Source: an uncultured bacterium (lineage in GTDB: Bacteria > Lernaellota > Lernaellaia > Lernaellales > Lernaellaceae). From it: 48,814 bases of DNA. The DNA lies in assembly GCA_964534375.1 (NCBI GenBank), contig CAZHPN010000020.1:1-48814 (forward strand), given 5' to 3'. The notes below the pieces were generated by a model, which worked only from the letters and a program-made list of their open reading frames with translations, was not told the origin of the DNA and ran no database searches. The translations under genes were made by a program, and so were the position numbers. Of the stretch, positions 48,153 to 48,814 are shown piece by piece (the stretch's first letter is position 1; the number at the start of each line of letters is the position of its first letter).

Positions 48153-48814
48153 TTACGCCAGAATTTTGGTGACGACGCCGGCGCCGACGGTGCGGCCGCC
48201 TTCGCGGATCGCGAAGCGCAGACCGTCTTCCATCGCGATGGGCGTGATCAACTCGACGTCCATCTGCACGTTTTCGCCCGGCATGATCATCTCCACGCCT
48301 TCCGGCAACTTGACGTTCCCGGTCACGTCCGTCGTTCGGAAATAGAACTGCGGCCGATACCCCGGGAAGAACGGCGTATGACGCCCGCCCTCTTCCTTCG
48401 ACAAGATGTAAACGTTGCTCTCGAATTTCGTGTGCGGCGTGATCGACCCGGGCTTCGCCAGCACCTGGCCGCGCTCCACGTCTTCCCGCTTTACGCCGCG
48501 CAGCAGGCAACCGACGTTGTCGCCCGCCTGCCCTTGATCCAGCAGCTTGCGGAACATCTCGACGCCCGTGACCACCGTCTTGAACGTCGGCGTGATGCCC
48601 ACGATTTCCATTTCTTCGCCGACCTTCACCACGCCGCGCTCGACGCGCCCGGTCACCACCGTGCCGCGCCCCGAAATCGTGAACACGTCTTCGATCGGCA
48701 TCAGGAACGGCTTGTCCACTTCGCGCACCGGAATCGGCACGTACGCGTCCAGCGCCTTCATCAACTCGTCGATCGAGCCTTCGCCCTGCGCGTCTTCGAC
48801 GCCCTGCATCGCCT
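48153..48814 (-). CDS. tuf: Elongation factor Tu, 3' part (5' end lies outside the window)
   Basis: [44 protein letters not shown]. Confidence 0.98.
   Translation of the reverse strand, partial: AMQGVEDAQGEGSIDELMKALDAYVPIPVREVDKPFLMPIEDVFTISGRGTVVTGRVERGVVKVGEEMEIVGITPTFKTVVTGVEMFRKLLDQGQAGDNVGCLLRGVKREDVERGQVLAKPGSITPHTKFESNVYILSKEEGGRHTPFFPGYRPQFYFRTTDVTGNVKLPEGVEMIMPGENVQMDVELITPIAMEDGLRFAIREGGRTVGAGVVTKILA

Overview
This is a high-GC bacterial chromosome segment, almost entirely on the minus strand. The Asp-rich lipoproteins and gene content suggest a deltaproteobacterial/Myxococcota-like lineage (inference only). It has four parts. (1) 1-12 kb: secreted proteins and lipoproteins with poly-Asp linkers, including a beta-propeller, an HExxH peptidase, a PHP hydrolase, a triple DUF1566-like lectin, a TPR protein and a papain-family protease. 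(2) 12-15.4 kb: a PfkB-HAD fusion, a deoxyhypusine-synthase-like gene and a tRNA(CAU). (3) 15.4-28.7 kb: a metal-homeostasis cluster with an outer-membrane receptor, ZnuABC-type uptake genes, a second substrate-binding protein (SBP) and a CzcCBA-type RND pump; assorted genes follow to 32.8 kb. (4) 32.9-48.8 kb: the complete S10-spc-alpha ribosomal protein cluster and the 3' part of tuf. The most striking signal is a family of three paralogous ~120-aa His/Cys-containing membrane proteins that all carry LAxAPKxSPP at the same C-terminal position. Each sits directly upstream of a metal-transport gene or of another copy, and anti-Shine-Dalgarno sequences lie at or just after the motif. They are candidate metal-sensing ribosome-arrest leader peptides that may control both uptake and efflux.
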